A DNA stretch of 64,000 nt from Macrostomum hystrix (GCA_950097015.1 CATNEN010000030.1:3472001-3536000); one strand, 5' to 3'. Counted from the first letter of the stretch, positions 13,926 to 27,160 are shown. The notes: generated from the sequence alone by a model not told the origin. Made by a program: numbers and translations.

Positions 13926-14187
13926 TTAATTTGAGATAGATATAATGATAATTAGATAATGATCGAGATAGACTTTATGTTCAAGATTGGTTGCTGCCCT
14001 TCGTAGTCACTTACATTACGTAATTTCATATTTTGTTATTCAATAAAAAGGTTAGCAGATTTGATTTGTATAAAATCATTTATAAAGAAGGCTTGCAGAC
14101 ATGTACTTAAAAATCCCCATCGATTCTAGGTGACAAAATCTCACGTTTTTATACGTTTTTAAAATGAAATGACTTTGTTTCACTAAG

Positions 14188-16080
14188 GTAGTAGTAGACG
14201 CTAGGACGAAGAGGCCTTAGCGCACCGACGGTCGCGAAACAGTTGTGACCGGCATACGACAGTCTTAATGGCGATCATGCGGGCCCATTGTCTCGAGGTC
14301 GTTCAGGTAGGTCTAAACGAGTGCGGAGGTTCTCCCGTGCCCAGGCCTAAGCGTGGCGCGGGGATGAAGAACAGTCATCGCCAGCGGGTTGGCCGCGCCT
14401 CGGCCATGTCTTCGGAGAACATGGCCAAGAAGCCGCTGGTAGTTGCAGGGTACGGTGTAGCGGATGAACATTTGTTTGCCGCTCAATCGCCTGTTTTTGA
14501 GATCGTCTCCGGGTACCGGATCCCCGGGGCATGCCTGATCATCGGCCTGTAGAGCGCGTCAAGAGCGTCCTCGCGCGTCTTCGTCATCGGAATCGTTTCG
14601 AGTCTGTAAAGCAATAGAGGCTCAACTGCTGTGCGAAAAATTCGTTGTTGGCTGCGGAGTTGAAGATGGCACTTAGTAATCGAGCAGGCCTGTGCTCTTC
14701 TGTCTGAATTAATGGCATCCAAATTAGCCACGAGGGAGCAAAGGTAGTGGAAGGCGTCGCATTCTGCAATCCGGTCTCCATTTGGCAGAGTCATGGATGT
14801 CAGTAGTTAGGCCTTCGTGCACGTCTTCAGTTTTCTTTGCGTTTGTCGTAAGCCCAACTTTAGCGCTTTCCTCACACAGTCTGGTCAGAGCATGCTGAGC
14901 CGCCTCTGGATTCTTGCAGACCACAGCGATGTCGGCGAAAGCTAGGGCAGCTAACGTGATACCCTGGTGCCGACTGCTTCTGCGGTGAGTGGTTTCGTAG
15001 CCGTCTATTTCTTGCAAGCTTCGGCGGAGTACGTAATCCAGAAGGATTATAAAAAGAAGTGGCGCTAGAGTGTCGCCTTGAAGAACGCAGAAACTGGTTT
15101 TGAAGACATTTGTTTGGTCTCCTATCATCTGGACAAATGCGTTGGTGATTTTGTAAATATCCATAATGGCGGCAATAAGAATTTGAGGAACTCCGTAGAA
15201 GGCAAGGATCCCTCTGAGAGCACGGCGGGAAACAGAATCGAATGTTTTTTAATCGATAAATATGATGATAACACACTTCTGGCGAGATTTGCAAGTCTCC
15301 ACAATATTGCGGACCGTTGCAATCTGCTCGAGCGTCGATCTACTTAGTCGGAAGCCGCTTTGGATGCTTAAGGAGCAGAGGGTCCAGTTTGGGCAGCAGA
15401 CTGTTTCTAAGAATGGAGTTTACGAGCTTCGGTAGAGCAGGAGCTCCAGAGCGATGCCGCGTGGGTTATCAAGGCTAGTAAATGGTCCCTTTTTGGTATA
15501 GACACGATTTTAAATAGCCTCCGATCAGGAAGTTTTTTTCAAGCTCGGAAAGCTTCAGGACGCTCGGTGGGACTCCGTCAAAGACAGCGGTAGCATCGGC
15601 CTTCATTTGATCAAGAGCAAATCGAACTTCCGATAGGGAAATTAGGCTAGTATTGAAACTGCCCGAATCGGCAGGGCAAAAGCCAGGAATTCCAGTTAGT
15701 TGAAGGTCGGGATTAGGGGCGTTTAAGACTTGGCTATAGTGCTCAACGAGTTTTGTTTTACAATCAGCTATTGGCTCGGCAGCTAAAACTATTCGGCCTG
15801 GGCTTCCGCCTCCTGAGGATATTGATCAAGCACCAGGATGCTCTGTGTTTGCAGTTGACAGATGCGGTCTGAATTCCACTGACGGCGTTTTCAATGAAGG
15901 CTTTAGTGCGATAATATCGGAATAAGCCTGCTGGAGCTCAGTTTGCAATTTGTTGGATAGTTCACTTTCGCGACCTTCCTTAGCGATTGCGCTCTGAAGA
16001 CTATTTCTGGTCTGAGTGATTAGCGGGTCAGAATCCCAGATAGTCTTTGGGGGATTCCGTGACGCTGCCACTGCATTGAA
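14188..16080 (-). mobile_element. 5'-truncated, degenerate non-LTR retrotransposon (LINE, RTE-like reverse transcriptase)
   Basis: Translation across frameshifts and stops: DGVPPSVLKL, IVSIPK, QSGFRLSRSTLEQI, FID*KTFDSVSR, VLQGDTLAPLLF, LAFAD(-)IAV, FHYLCS. Short (CTA)n 3' tail near 14188-14197. No endonuclease domain visible. Confidence 0.9.
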
Positions 16081-16704
16081 TAGTGCTATTGCGAGTCACG
16101 CACTTCTTCAAAAAACTTTGAAGATTCGATGATATTAACTCTACTATGCATCTCACAATTTTTAAAGCTAATTGAAAGGTATAGCTTATTTCTAAGACTA
16201 CTTACTTTTCATTGCGCATGTGGGCATTCAAACTAAGTTGCTTACATCCAGAGACTAATTTAGTGTCCTTTTTAACACAGAACTTACCTGTGATATAAGT
16301 GATAGAAGTAAGCTCTGTGGTTTGTTTAGGATCTTCCTACTGTACTCGTAAATTAGGTAGTCTGTACTTGCACTTTAAGATTTTTTTCCGGGAACTATCT
16401 TTTGGAAGAATTTTATATCATTGACTACAATTCATTTTGCACATTTTTGGTTGCAGCGATGGTTTAATCCACAGAAGTTATGGACATTTTTATGCAATCA
16501 TTCATGAAATATCCCTTTCAGGATCTAAACCATGAACATCTGGCGTCACAGTAAGTTATGCTTAATTCACCCGCATATGGTCGGATTATTAAAGCTACGT
16601 CTCTTGCAGTTCTTTATGCATGAATTTGACGTATATTATCTACCAGGAACTCTACCAAGAAAATTCTGTCTGACAATCGTACTGCGTCTGGATGGCATGC
16701 ATCG

Positions 16705-17135
16705 CACTTACTTACTTACTTTGCAGGGGGGCCTGGGGCACTTGACGCACAAACACAGGAACGGCATGCCCCCAGGCCGGCGAACTAGGCGAGAGCCGCC
16801 CATCGCGCCGCCTCCCCTGAGCAGGCACCTCACACACACAGCAGCAAGCCAAGCGGGAAAGGGGGCGGCAGCCGGAGTGCCTCTCACCCCAGGCCCGCAC
16901 ACGCACAGAGCAGACCAAGCCGGGGCGGGGCGGAAGGCTGATAGAAATCAGTCCTCAGGGGGGGCGGGTGACGAGTGTACACTTTATCCAATCGCGCTGA
17001 CGGAAATCCAGATGAGCGCGCGGCGGTGTACACCCGCCCCCCAGCCACCCCCCGCAAGGTCTAACGCCCCAGCGCCAACGCACATAACTCATACAACGCA
17101 GAACAGGCACACAGAAAGGTAGGAGCGAAGCTATT
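16705..17135 (-). mobile_element. Unclassified GC-rich insert ending in a (TAAG)n tail; possible retroposed element
   Basis: Sharp GC-rich block within AT-rich DNA. On the minus strand it ends ...CTGCAAAGTAAGTAAGTAAG. No recognisable protein. Confidence 0.35.
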
Positions 17136-17580
17136 TTTCAAGCTTTGATTGCACGAAATATGGTGCACCTCCACCGGTCGCTACTGTCCAAACCCCCCAA
17201 CAAGTACCGAAATTAATCGTGACCTGAAGGGTGAATCGAACTAGCGTCCTTTGGAGTGCGAGGCAGCGACGTTAGCCGCTGACCCCCCTCGCCCCTTATG
17301 CATCGCAGTTAGTCATTTGGTTTGTGGTGAAGTTTTTGTCTAGGATTTTTTGGCTGTCTATAGACGTTCATGCAACTGCCGAGTGCCAGATTCTCAAGAT
17401 ATTCTATGAGACTAAAGTGCATGATTTTAAAATGCACCGTAGAAGACCTATTAGTCATATAAGCAGACGAGTAGTCGAATACGTAAGTCCATTTCAGTTG
17501 GCCCGAACTTAACAGTTTATCAGCGCTTCACGAGCTATTATAAACATTGCTGGTACGTTTTTGGTCTCTAAATGTCTCGA

Positions 17581-18508
17581 TCAGGCCCAGCTGGCCAGGT
17601 TGCTGCTAATTAGCTTGCGCCAGGCCTTCATCTCTGCGTTGCTGTTGTATGGCAGGTTCACTGTAGCGTCAAAGTGCGGCAGAAGGATGCACTCTCGTCT
17701 CAGAGCGTTACTATAGAAACCGACACAGCCTAGGCGCCATTTGCAAGCCAGGGAGCAGGTGGCCTCGGTGGCCTCGAACATGCTGACTTCGATGTGCTGA
17801 CTGCAGCCGGGTCCGGTCTGTGAGTAGCCCAGGATGCTGGCTCGCTCGAAGGCGGCATTGTACCGCGGAGGGCAGCCAAGAGTGCTGGCGTCTCCCCCAA
17901 GGCACATTCCGGCCGGGTGCTCGCAGTGATATTTGGCTGGAGACAAGCACTCAATGTCGTGAAGCCGATTAGTTAAACTGTTGTGCGCTATGCAGTTTTG
18001 GCCATAGCCTTGGTTGCCAGGCTCATTGGTGGCCCACCAGGTGCTGCTGGTAAGATTCATGTCGCGCAGACCCGGTATGACCTTTACAGTTGGTAGGTTT
18101 TTAGTAAGAGATGATATTCATTTATATTCGAGCGTACAGCACTCTGCAGAAACTGTTAAACAGCCCCGTGGATATCACCTGCCAACCGTCGCGACTTCGA
18201 TTTCGCTCGCGCAGAGCGTCCGTAGCGCTGATGTAAATCATGCCACTGGCGAACTGCGGCTGCGACCGGACGCGCGCGTAAGTGCTCGGCGTCAGCAGCC
18301 GATGGCTCAGGGCGGCACACACATCCAGGGCGTCGCAGAGATTAGCGGTGCTGTTTGTCACCGGACTGAGGCAGGTGGGAGGCCCTAAGGAGTCGTTGAG
18401 CAGGGTGTAACCCGGACTGCAGGCCAGGTCGGTCGCGAGCGCCAGCAGCTGAGGCCACAGCACCATCAGCTGCAGCAGAGCAGAATGGACAGAAAGTCTG
18501 CAGCTCAT
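17581..18508 (-). CDS. Secreted C-type lectin domain + PAN/Apple-like domain protein (~276 aa), 2 exons
   Basis: Exons 18508-18179 and 18081-17581 (phase-0 GT-AG intron). N-terminal signal peptide. CTL motifs WWATNEPGN...C...LHDIEC....YHCE. PAN-like CSLACKWRLGCVGFYSN....C. Confidence 0.75.
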
Positions 18509-19749
18509 TTCTCTATAGGATGTTGCCTAAAATTTGATGTCTGGGCTCCGCAGTTTTAGGCTTGAATTAGCCGCTTTTGGATGCAATGAATTATGCAAAG
18601 TTGGCTTCTGTTGCAACTCTGAATACAGACATTTTTGCGCTCGTCTTTTAGGGCATCTGCAAATTAAGCATTTGCCTGTACGATCTGGTTGGCTGTAGCA
18701 TCTTGTTTCTCTTCTCGGCTGTGTTTGACAAGAACGGCTTTAGATTCCTTCCGCATTGTTGCCTGGTAACAAAAATTGGCTTTAGAGTTGCCTCACTCTC
18801 GTACTGTAAATTTTGGCATGGCGCCATCGGGCTAAAAAACTCAAATATTCAGTCTAATTTCTGCCCTGAATCAAACTTTTGTGATTCAGGTTAATGGCAG
18901 GTCGGATCAATACGTGCATCTGAAAGTGCTCGGACATCCTCAAATAGATTTATGTCATATGTAAAGAGCTACAGTACATGTAGCAAAAATTTTGTTATCT
19001 ATATCAGTTAAATTTTGATTTTTCGTTCATAATTACAGTTTACTTTTGCTTCGATTGTCTGAATTGTCCTTGATTCGTGCATGCACGCTTGTCAGCTGGT
19101 AAGAATCTGTATCCATCGAAGCGGTACCCAAGTTCACCCAGGAACTGAACTAAACAAGCTGCTAGTTTACTCTTTTGGCAGCTGCAGATCCACAGACTGT
19201 CGTGCCTTAGTGATTATATTTGACTTGTGTCAACGGCGTCGCCAGCTAAGGCTTGCGCGGCGACTAATGTGCAGGGTCGCATGATTAAGCGCGCATTTTA
19301 AAACTGCTCTCAGTGACACAAGCGTGCAACTTAAATGCATGTTTTGTGACGCAGCCCTCACCTCTGCCCTATCATTTTTCATCTCTTTCTCGTTCCCTGC
19401 CCCGCCAGTCGGCTAGCGTGCCCCACCCCACCCCAGCGTTTTATCGATCGCCCCAGCCTACCCCTGATTGTTGAATGTACATCTCACAGCCTTGCGCGCT
19501 CTCTTACTCCCCTGGTTGTTTTGTCGCTAAAGCCCCGAAGTTCTGTGTGTGCCTACCTAACTATATAGCAGTGCCCAGTTAGTTAAACCCCGCAAACCTC
19601 GTCTGTCCACCTGTTACGAGACTGTTCTACTATACTAGTGCAAATAAAACCCACCGGCCACTAACTATTGCATCAGCCGAGATACTGTGAGTCTGTTGTT
19701 TCTCTCTGTAACCCAACCTAGCTCTAGGCCTACCTGTACATGTGGTGAC

Positions 19750-20615
19750 TCACAAAAGATGCGTCTGGCGCAAGCGCGCATTATAAACGCATTAATACGA
19801 ATACTGCAGCTCGAAGTTAGACTACTAATAGACACAGGCTTATTCTTCTTGTGTGATGTGGCTGGTGGTGTGACAGAAGGAGACAAATCGCGACCAAACA
19901 GACAGGTTGGGGGCTGCAAATTCGCCAGCTGGCACCATTGCCTGCTTCACGCAGCAACCAAGCCAGGAGACGACGTGATGTCCAGCTTCAGTCTGCGTGG
20001 GCCGCCTATGCGGCAGGAACAATCACAAGCGCAGAATTACTGCAGCGCTGTGCAAATGTGGTGGCTCTACAGTAATATTTGTGCCGTTATAGTTATTTAC
20101 ACGTTTACACATTTGTGCCTTTTATATTTTACATTTGCGTGTTTTCGTCTACACTTTGTGCGCGATTTACAGTATGCCTTTGCGCTTTGTGCCTTTTATA
20201 TATTACATTTGTTACAGAAAAACGAAATAAGCATTTCAAATTATTCAACTTAAAATTCATTGGCAATAACAATTACATACTTTCCATACTTTATATACAT
20301 TGCAGACAGCTGGCTTCAAGCCGCAATACAATAATGCTATGAACGTAACTGATAAAAATGTGCAACATTATAACAAAAAGTATAGAAAATTATGGAATAT
20401 CTATTAAAACGTTTGTTCCACTATTTATATGTTCGTGCAATAGTGTTATTAAAGTAAAAAGACGTACACGAAATATTTGTATTATGTATAGTAAATTGAA
20501 CGTAGGACTAGGGCAGACGAAACGACCGCATCGTATATTGGCAGACGAACTGGCGGCCGACGAAAAGGCAGCAGACGAAAAGGCGGCAGACGAAACTATC
20601 GACCGTCAACCGTTT
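19750..20615 (+). mobile_element. Possible Mutator-like (MULE) transposon relic: degenerate transposase C-terminus and one end with subterminal GACGAAA repeats
   Basis: Fragments FASWHHCL and RRRDVQLQSAWAAYAAGTITSAELLQRC resemble animal MULE C-termini. A cluster of GACGAA(A) motifs at 20516-20596 precedes ACCGTCAACCG. Recognised from memory only; no matching left end found. Confidence 0.35.
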
Positions 20616-22110
20616 TAAGTCCGGCTAATTTACACGCGATAAAGCAAATTTATCATATGATAAGGATATCATATCCTAAGTGACCATTAATAGGTTGAAA
20701 AAGTGTTTTAATGTGTTTTACTTACTGTCAAATAGTTTGAAATGTAATCTGAAAGAGCATTTACTATATATCTATCCAAGCCATATTATTTAATGCTGTA
20801 TCGACAACATTTTTTAAAGTGAGCTTCAAGTTAATCTCTAGTGTAAAGTTTTCACGGTTAAAAGGATAACTTATTTAGAAACTTATAGCTATTTCCAAAG
20901 CCGTAAAAATATTCTTTTTTGATTCTTTTTGAAATAGAATAACTGTTATATGACTTAGAAAACTAACTTGACGAGAACGGAGTACGCAAGATGACCAACA
21001 TACACCGTAGTCCGTATACACGTCTATATAAGCCACCATGCCATGTGACTGATGCAGGAGCGTAACCAGGATTTTGTTTTGTCGAGACATACGATTTTTC
21101 ATTTCATTTTTGTTTTGGCTTTGCACTTTGACTTTTGACTTCGACGCTGCAGTTCATTCACTCTGAGAAATTTAGAAGGAAAAATTGACGAATGCCTACG
21201 GATGTAGGCATCCTTATGCCCACTCTTATGTCCGCGGGCAATACGACATTGGACTGATTTATACACTAAGACAGATTAATAAAATAATTTTGACGTGTTT
21301 TTGTGTTGGTCTGGAAACAGATATTACATATAGTGTGTATATCTAATATATTAATATAATTATTTTTTCTTTTTGACTTAAGCACTAAACACTTTTAATC
21401 ATTTATGAAGCACTTATAAATAAACAAATGAACTCTTTTATAGTTGCTTAAATTGGTTAATTAATTAATTAAAAATCAGGTATTGTGCATAAACACTAAA
21501 TTCTAAACTTACACTAGAGTTGAGATTTGAATATCTAAGTTTGTTTGGTTGTTTGTGAGTTTGTTCAGTTCTTATTAATATTAATTTCACCCACAGCATT
21601 TTTTTATAAATTAATTAATAGGTTTTATTTAAATATTCAAAATATACTAAAAACATAAAATAATATAGTAGTAAGAAATTACCAAAAATTAAATTAGATT
21701 AATCTAGAAATAAGTGAGACTAAATGATAATCATTTTTACCTTATTTACAAAATATCCTAAGCTTCGAAAACATGAGCTGTAGAACATGTATTTATTATC
21801 CTTAATGGCTTAAAGTTTACATGAAAATAAATTTAATTACAAGCTGAGAGAAACTTAACATACAGTCGCAATACATTGTGTTGGGTAGTTTAATGGTGTC
21901 CTCACCTTTCTTCACCGTAGCTTCCAACACTAGGAAGCTAAAAAATTGACTAAAAATGACTAAAAAAGGAAAGTGGCTGGCTTCACATATATTGATACTG
22001 AACCGTTAAATTTCGTAGTCAGCTTGTTGCTTTTTGTAAATCAGGTATTCCGTTAGATTTAGTATATTATTTTGCTAACTTTATAAAGAACTGATGATCC
22101 TCTTTAGTTA

Positions 22111-22393
22111 GGGAGGTTGAAGCCTTGTGGTTAGAGCTGCGGACTCACGACGTGAAGGTCGGGGTTCGATTCCCGACTCCACTCGAACAATTTGTGTCCT
22201 TTAGGAAGACACTTAACTCTGCATTGCTTCAGTTCACCCAGCTGTTAAATGGGTACCAGCATTAGCTGGGGTAATTGAGGGTGGGTGTGACGTCCATGCA
22301 CTGAACTTGTACGCAGCCTTCAGATTTGCCACGCAATAGCTGCGACTGTGCTGTCGGCTGCACATCTGCCCGATGGGGGCAGGTGTAATCAAT
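22111..22393 (+). mobile_element. tRNA-derived CORE-like SINE (family A)
   Basis: tRNA-like head with B box GGTTCGATTCC. Central GTGTCCTTTAGGAAGACACTTAACTCTGCATTGCTTCAGTTCACCCAGCTGTTAAATGGG resembles the CORE domain. The shared 3' tail ends GGTGTAATCAATT. Homologous copies elsewhere in the window. Confidence 0.85.
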
Positions 22394-22773
22394 TATTCTT
22401 ATCCTTATTAAAATTAGGATCAAAATATATTTTTAAAGACGAGCTGAATTTCTGAAAACTAAGTCTGAAATCTTTCTTTAACGTTCTTCTCGAAAGTAAA
22501 TAGTTTTAGAGGTATCGAATCGTTCAAAGCCCACCAGACAAACTGAGCGCCATATTCTCAATTTACAGTCCTATTGAATGCTGTAATTGCTGGCCTACTC
22601 AGCTCAGCCAATCGCCGTTCGGCAGGCCTGACATTGGTTGGTCTCGGCTGCAGGCAGTCTCTTGCTCACACGACAAACATATTTAGTGTACTCGTATGTG
22701 TGAATCGTCCTGAAATGTTCTCACTCTTCCTTTGTGATCTTGCGAGTCCAGCATTTCGCAATCCGTCTAGAAA

Positions 22774-24583
22774 ATGTCGGTGCTCATTCCCGAGGGCCTC
22801 ACGGAGCTGCTGCAGGAGTTCACGGTGGCCGCGTTGCGCACAAGACCGCCGAACCTCGTCCAGTTTGCAGCCGCGCATTTCCGTCGCCTAGAGCAGCAGC
22901 AGCAGCAACAACACCAGAAGCTCGCTACAAAGGTATGGCCCTTAGTTAGAGTCCATCAGGAATTTTTATAACCTTTCTAAACCTTCTTCGCTTCCTCTGA
23001 AATACAACAGGAGACGCATCCTAGTGGCGCACTGGCTGGCTCTTCTAAGGGCGTCCAGTTTCAGCAGCAACAGCTCAACTCGGACAGCAATGATGACGCA
23101 GACGAGCACTCAAACAATCGCAGCGACATTGACAATGAGGACGACGACGAAGAGAGCGACGCCTCTCCGCCGCCTCGACCAGCGGCCTGGGGCGCCGGCA
23201 GTCGGCGGGTGAGCGTCGCAGCGCCCTCCTTCGATCCGGAGCAGCACGAGGCCACCTACGAGCGCAGAGTTGTGCCCAAAAGTGACGAACAGCGCCGGCG
23301 CCTGATGGAGGCTGTGCGGCACATTCTGTTGTTCCGCAGTCTCGAACGAGACGATCTTGGTCACGTGATCGACGCCATGGAGGAGCTCTCGATAGCCGCC
23401 GGAACTCGTGTGATCGAGCAGGACCAGGAGGGCGACAATTTCTACGTTGTCGAAAGCGGCATCTTTGAAGCGTTCGTCCGCGACAAAGCCACCGGCTCCA
23501 GCCGTCACGTGCTGACCTACGAGCACGAGGGCTCCTTTGGCGAGCTGGCTCTGATGTACTACTGTCCTAGGGCGGCCACGATTGTGGCTAAAACTGACGG
23601 CGTCCTCTGGTCGTTAGACATGGAGACCTTTCAGCAGAAGGTGCTCATGGCGGCGTTCAAGCACCGCAAGAAGTACGAGGCATTCCTGGCTGCTGTGCCA
23701 CTGTTGGACGAGATGACCCAGTACGAGAGACAGAATGTGGCCGATGCTCTCAGGTGCGAGGAACTGTACTGCATTGACTTTTGCCTAATTATTGGGGGTG
23801 AGTGGCGGCGCGGGTTGAAGCACCCGAATCTCACACTAATGTCCCTAGGCTCGAATCCGCAGCGAGGTCACAGCACTTGTTTAATGAAATCTACTAGGCT
23901 ACAAGGGGTTTTAACTTTAGTAGTTAGAGCGTCGGACTTAAAGGTAAGGGTTTCGATTCTCGACTCCACTGGAACCATTTTTCTCATTTAGCTAGAAATG
24001 AACACTATTGCTTTAGTTCACCCAGCTGCTGAATGGGTAGCAGCATTAGCTGGATTAATTGAGGGTGAGTGTGCTGTCCCCCCAGTCCATGGACTGAATA
24101 TCCGTACGAAGCCTTTAGACGCGCCTCGCAATAGCTGTGGCTGTGCAGTCGGCTGCACATCTGGCCCGATTGGGGCAGGTGTAATCAATTTCTAAAACTC
24201 TCTAAAAATACAGAGAGCGGGAGTTTTCGGACGGCCAGAAAATCATTCTGCAAGACGAGGTCGGCGACGAGATGTTCTTCGTCGAGGACGGCTCAGTCAG
24301 GGTGATGCGCCGCAACTCAGACAACGGCACGGAGACGCAGGTCAACCTGCTGGGCAAGGGCGCCTACTTTGGCGAGCTGGCGCTGATCACCAAGCAGCCC
24401 CGATTGGCCAGCTGCTACGCTGTTGGCCCCACCCGAGTCTGCGTGCTGCACGTGACCGACTTCGAGCGCCTCCTCGGCCCCTGCCTCGGCGTGATGCGCC
24501 GAAACATCGACGCCTACAAGAGGCAGCTGAGCGACATCTTTGGAGACGCGGCCAGCGTTCCGCTGCCAAGGGCCGAGGCCTAG
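22774..24583 (+). CDS. PRKAR2: cAMP-dependent protein kinase regulatory subunit type II (~423 aa), 3 exons
   Basis: Exons 22774-22932, 23011-23753 and 24214-24583 (1272 nt, phases consistent). RIIa dimerisation/docking domain [32 protein letters not shown], autophosphorylation site RRVSV, and two CNB domains ([31 protein letters not shown]). Confidence 0.95.
23904..24191 (+). mobile_element. SINE family A copy in PKA-RII intron 2
   Basis: Aligns by eye to 22111-22393, with an internal deletion in the core. Confidence 0.85.
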
Positions 24584-25659
24584 ACAAACCGGAGTTTCAT
24601 GGACGCTGTTGCCATGGATACCAGAAATCACAGACTAATATATTTTTTTGCGTTTAAAAAGTTTCCGTCAATCGTGCATCGTTAAGCTACAAAATTAATT
24701 TCATCAATTTTTAAAGGATCAGCAAATCCTTTAAAAGTTCATTATTGTAGGACACGACACAGGCTTCTGCTTTGATTTAGATAATTTATTCTTATTTTAA
24801 CATTAGCCATAAAGTGTTTAGCTCAATATTAAAAACTCATTAATTAACTTTATTGTGTTTCCGCTAGATATTTTGTCCTGAAGTCTCCACCAATCCTTTT
24901 AAGTTCTTTTAACAAAGCTGTTGAGTTGTTTGTTGTCCAGAACATTGAGACATATCGTTGTGACTTAATATGCCTTTAGTATAGGAATAAAACAATGCGA
25001 AATATCCCCAAAACGTGTCTTGTACCCTCGTAGATTACACCAATAGAACCTGTAAGATTACTCTCCAATTCATGGTCATGACAATTTTGCTTCACTAACT
25101 CACAAAAGCTTGTTTCTGTTGTGTTTTTGTTGTTAAAAGAAAATTAAAAAATGCTTCTGTTGCTTGTTGAATGACTGGTCCATGGTAGATTTCGCACCCC
25201 CTTCTCAGGGGAGGGGAAGGAGAGATCGGGATGAGCATAGCTTGTGTGAGCAAGGCAGAGGAAATGGGCGAGGCTGTTTCTAAGCAGCTTCTATTCCGAT
25301 TTCTCCCCCCAACGCCGCGACTGTCGTCTAATTACCGGAGGACGCCTAATATCCGTTTCAGTCTACCTGCCCTCACCTGTGCCTGGGAGGGGGTGGGTGG
25401 CTGGCCAGTAGGCTGCCGTTGTTCTCGTCAGCCTTCTCAAATTAGGGAGCGAGCAGTGGGGGGCGCACTCGATAATCCCTTTGTGAAGCGGAACAGACTT
25501 GAGGTGGAGAATGAGAGGCCGTCTCTATACAGTCCTAATAATGCGATCTTCGTCAGTCTCTCCAAGTACTCTGTGCTCACTGTTAGACAGCGCGTGGCCG
25601 GAATTCTCCTGTAGTCAATAGGTTCTAAATATTTTTAGCACTCATCAATAGGGCCGATA

Positions 25660-27160
25660 AAGTGAGCAGAGGAAGTGAGGGGAGAAGAGGAAGTGAGGGG
25701 AGAAGAGGAAGTGAGGGGGGAAGAGGAAGGGAGGGGAGAAGAGGAAGTGAGGGGGAGAAGAGAAATTCACGAGGGTGGGGTGGAGAAGAGGAAGTGAGGT
25801 GGAGAAGAGGGAGTGAAGTGGAGAAGAGGAAGTGAGGTGGAGAAGAGGAAATGAGGTGGAGAAGAGGACGTGAGGTGGAGAAGAGGAAGTGAAGTGAAGT
25901 GGAGAAGAGAAAGTGAGGTGGAGAAGAGGAAGTGAGGGGGAGAAGAGGAAGTGAGGTGGAGAAGAGGAAAAGAGCGGGGCAAGAGAAATTCAGGAGGGTG
26001 AGGGGGAGAAGAGGAAATGAGGTGGAGAGGAGGAAGTGAGGTGGAGAAGAGGAAGTGAGGTGGAGAAGAGGAAGTGAGGTGGAGAAGAGGAAGTGAGGTA
26101 GGTAGAGAAGAGGAAGTGAGGTGGAGAAGAGGAAAAGAGCGGGACAAGAGAAATTCAGGAGGGTGAGGGGGAGAAGAGGAAATGAGGTGGAGAAGAGGAA
26201 GTGATGGGAGAAGAGGAAGTGAGGTGGAGAAGAGGAAGTGAGGTGGAGAACAGGAAGTGAGGGGGTGAGGTGGAGAAGAGGAAGTGAGGGGGTAAGGTGG
26301 AGAAGAGGAAGTGAGGGGGTAAGGTGGAGAAGAGGAAGTGAGGGGGTGAGGTGTAGAAGAGGAAGTGAGGGGGTGAGGTGTAGAAGAGGAAGTGAGGGGG
26401 TAAGGTGGAGAAGAGGAAGTGAGGGGGTGAAGTGGAGAAGAGGAAGTGAGGGGGTAAGGTGGAGAAGAGGAAGTGAGGGGGTGAAGTGGAGAAGAGGAAG
26501 TGAGGGGGTGAGGTGTAGAAGAGGAAGTGAGGGGGTGAGGTGGAGAAGAGGAAGTGAGGGGGTAAGGTGGAGAAGAGGAAGTGAGGGGGTGAAGTGGAGA
26601 AGAGGAAGTGAGGGGGTGAGGTGTAGAAGAGGAAGTGAGGGGGTGAGGTGGAGAAGAGGAAGTGAGGGGGTAAGGTGGAGAAGAGGAAGTGAGGGGGTAA
26701 GGTGGAGAAGAGGAAGTGAGGGGGTGAAGTGGAGAAGAGGAAGTGAGGGGGTGAGGTGTAGAAGAGGAAGTGAGGGGGTGAGGTGGAGAAGAGGAAGTGA
26801 GGGGGTAAGGTGGAGAAGAGGAAGTGAGGGGTGAAGTGGAGAAGAGGAAGTGAGGGGGTGAGGTGTAGAAGAGGAAGTGAGGGGGTAAGGTGGAGAAGAG
26901 GAAGTGAGGGGGTGAAGTGGAGAAGAGGAAGTGAGGGGGTGAGGTGTAGAAGAGGAAGTGAGGGGGTGAGGTGTAGAAGAGGAAGTGAGGGGGTAAGGTG
27001 GAGAAGAGGAAGTGAGGGGGTGAGGTGTAGAAGAGGAAGTGAGGGGGTGAGGTGTAGAAGAGGAAGTGAGGGGGTGAGGTGTAGAAGAGGAAGTGAGGGG
27101 GTAAGGTGGAGAAGAGGAAGTGAGGGGGTGAGGTGTAGAAGAGGAAGTGAGGGGGTAGGG
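25660..27160. repeat. Purine-rich minisatellite, 19-bp unit (GAGGTGGAGAAGAGGAAGT) shifting to a 27-bp unit
   Basis: Direct reading. Source of the LTSSSPP / RWRRGSEGV artefact ORFs. Confidence 0.97.

Noticed and set aside
22111-22190. tRNA gene candidates (also at 57225, 62065 and 62415)
   Set aside because: B-box and T-arm only, with no closed acceptor stem. They continue into shared SINE bodies.
25231-25614. 127-aa ORF in a GC-richer block before the purine array
   Set aside because: No motif in any frame and no convincing splice partners.
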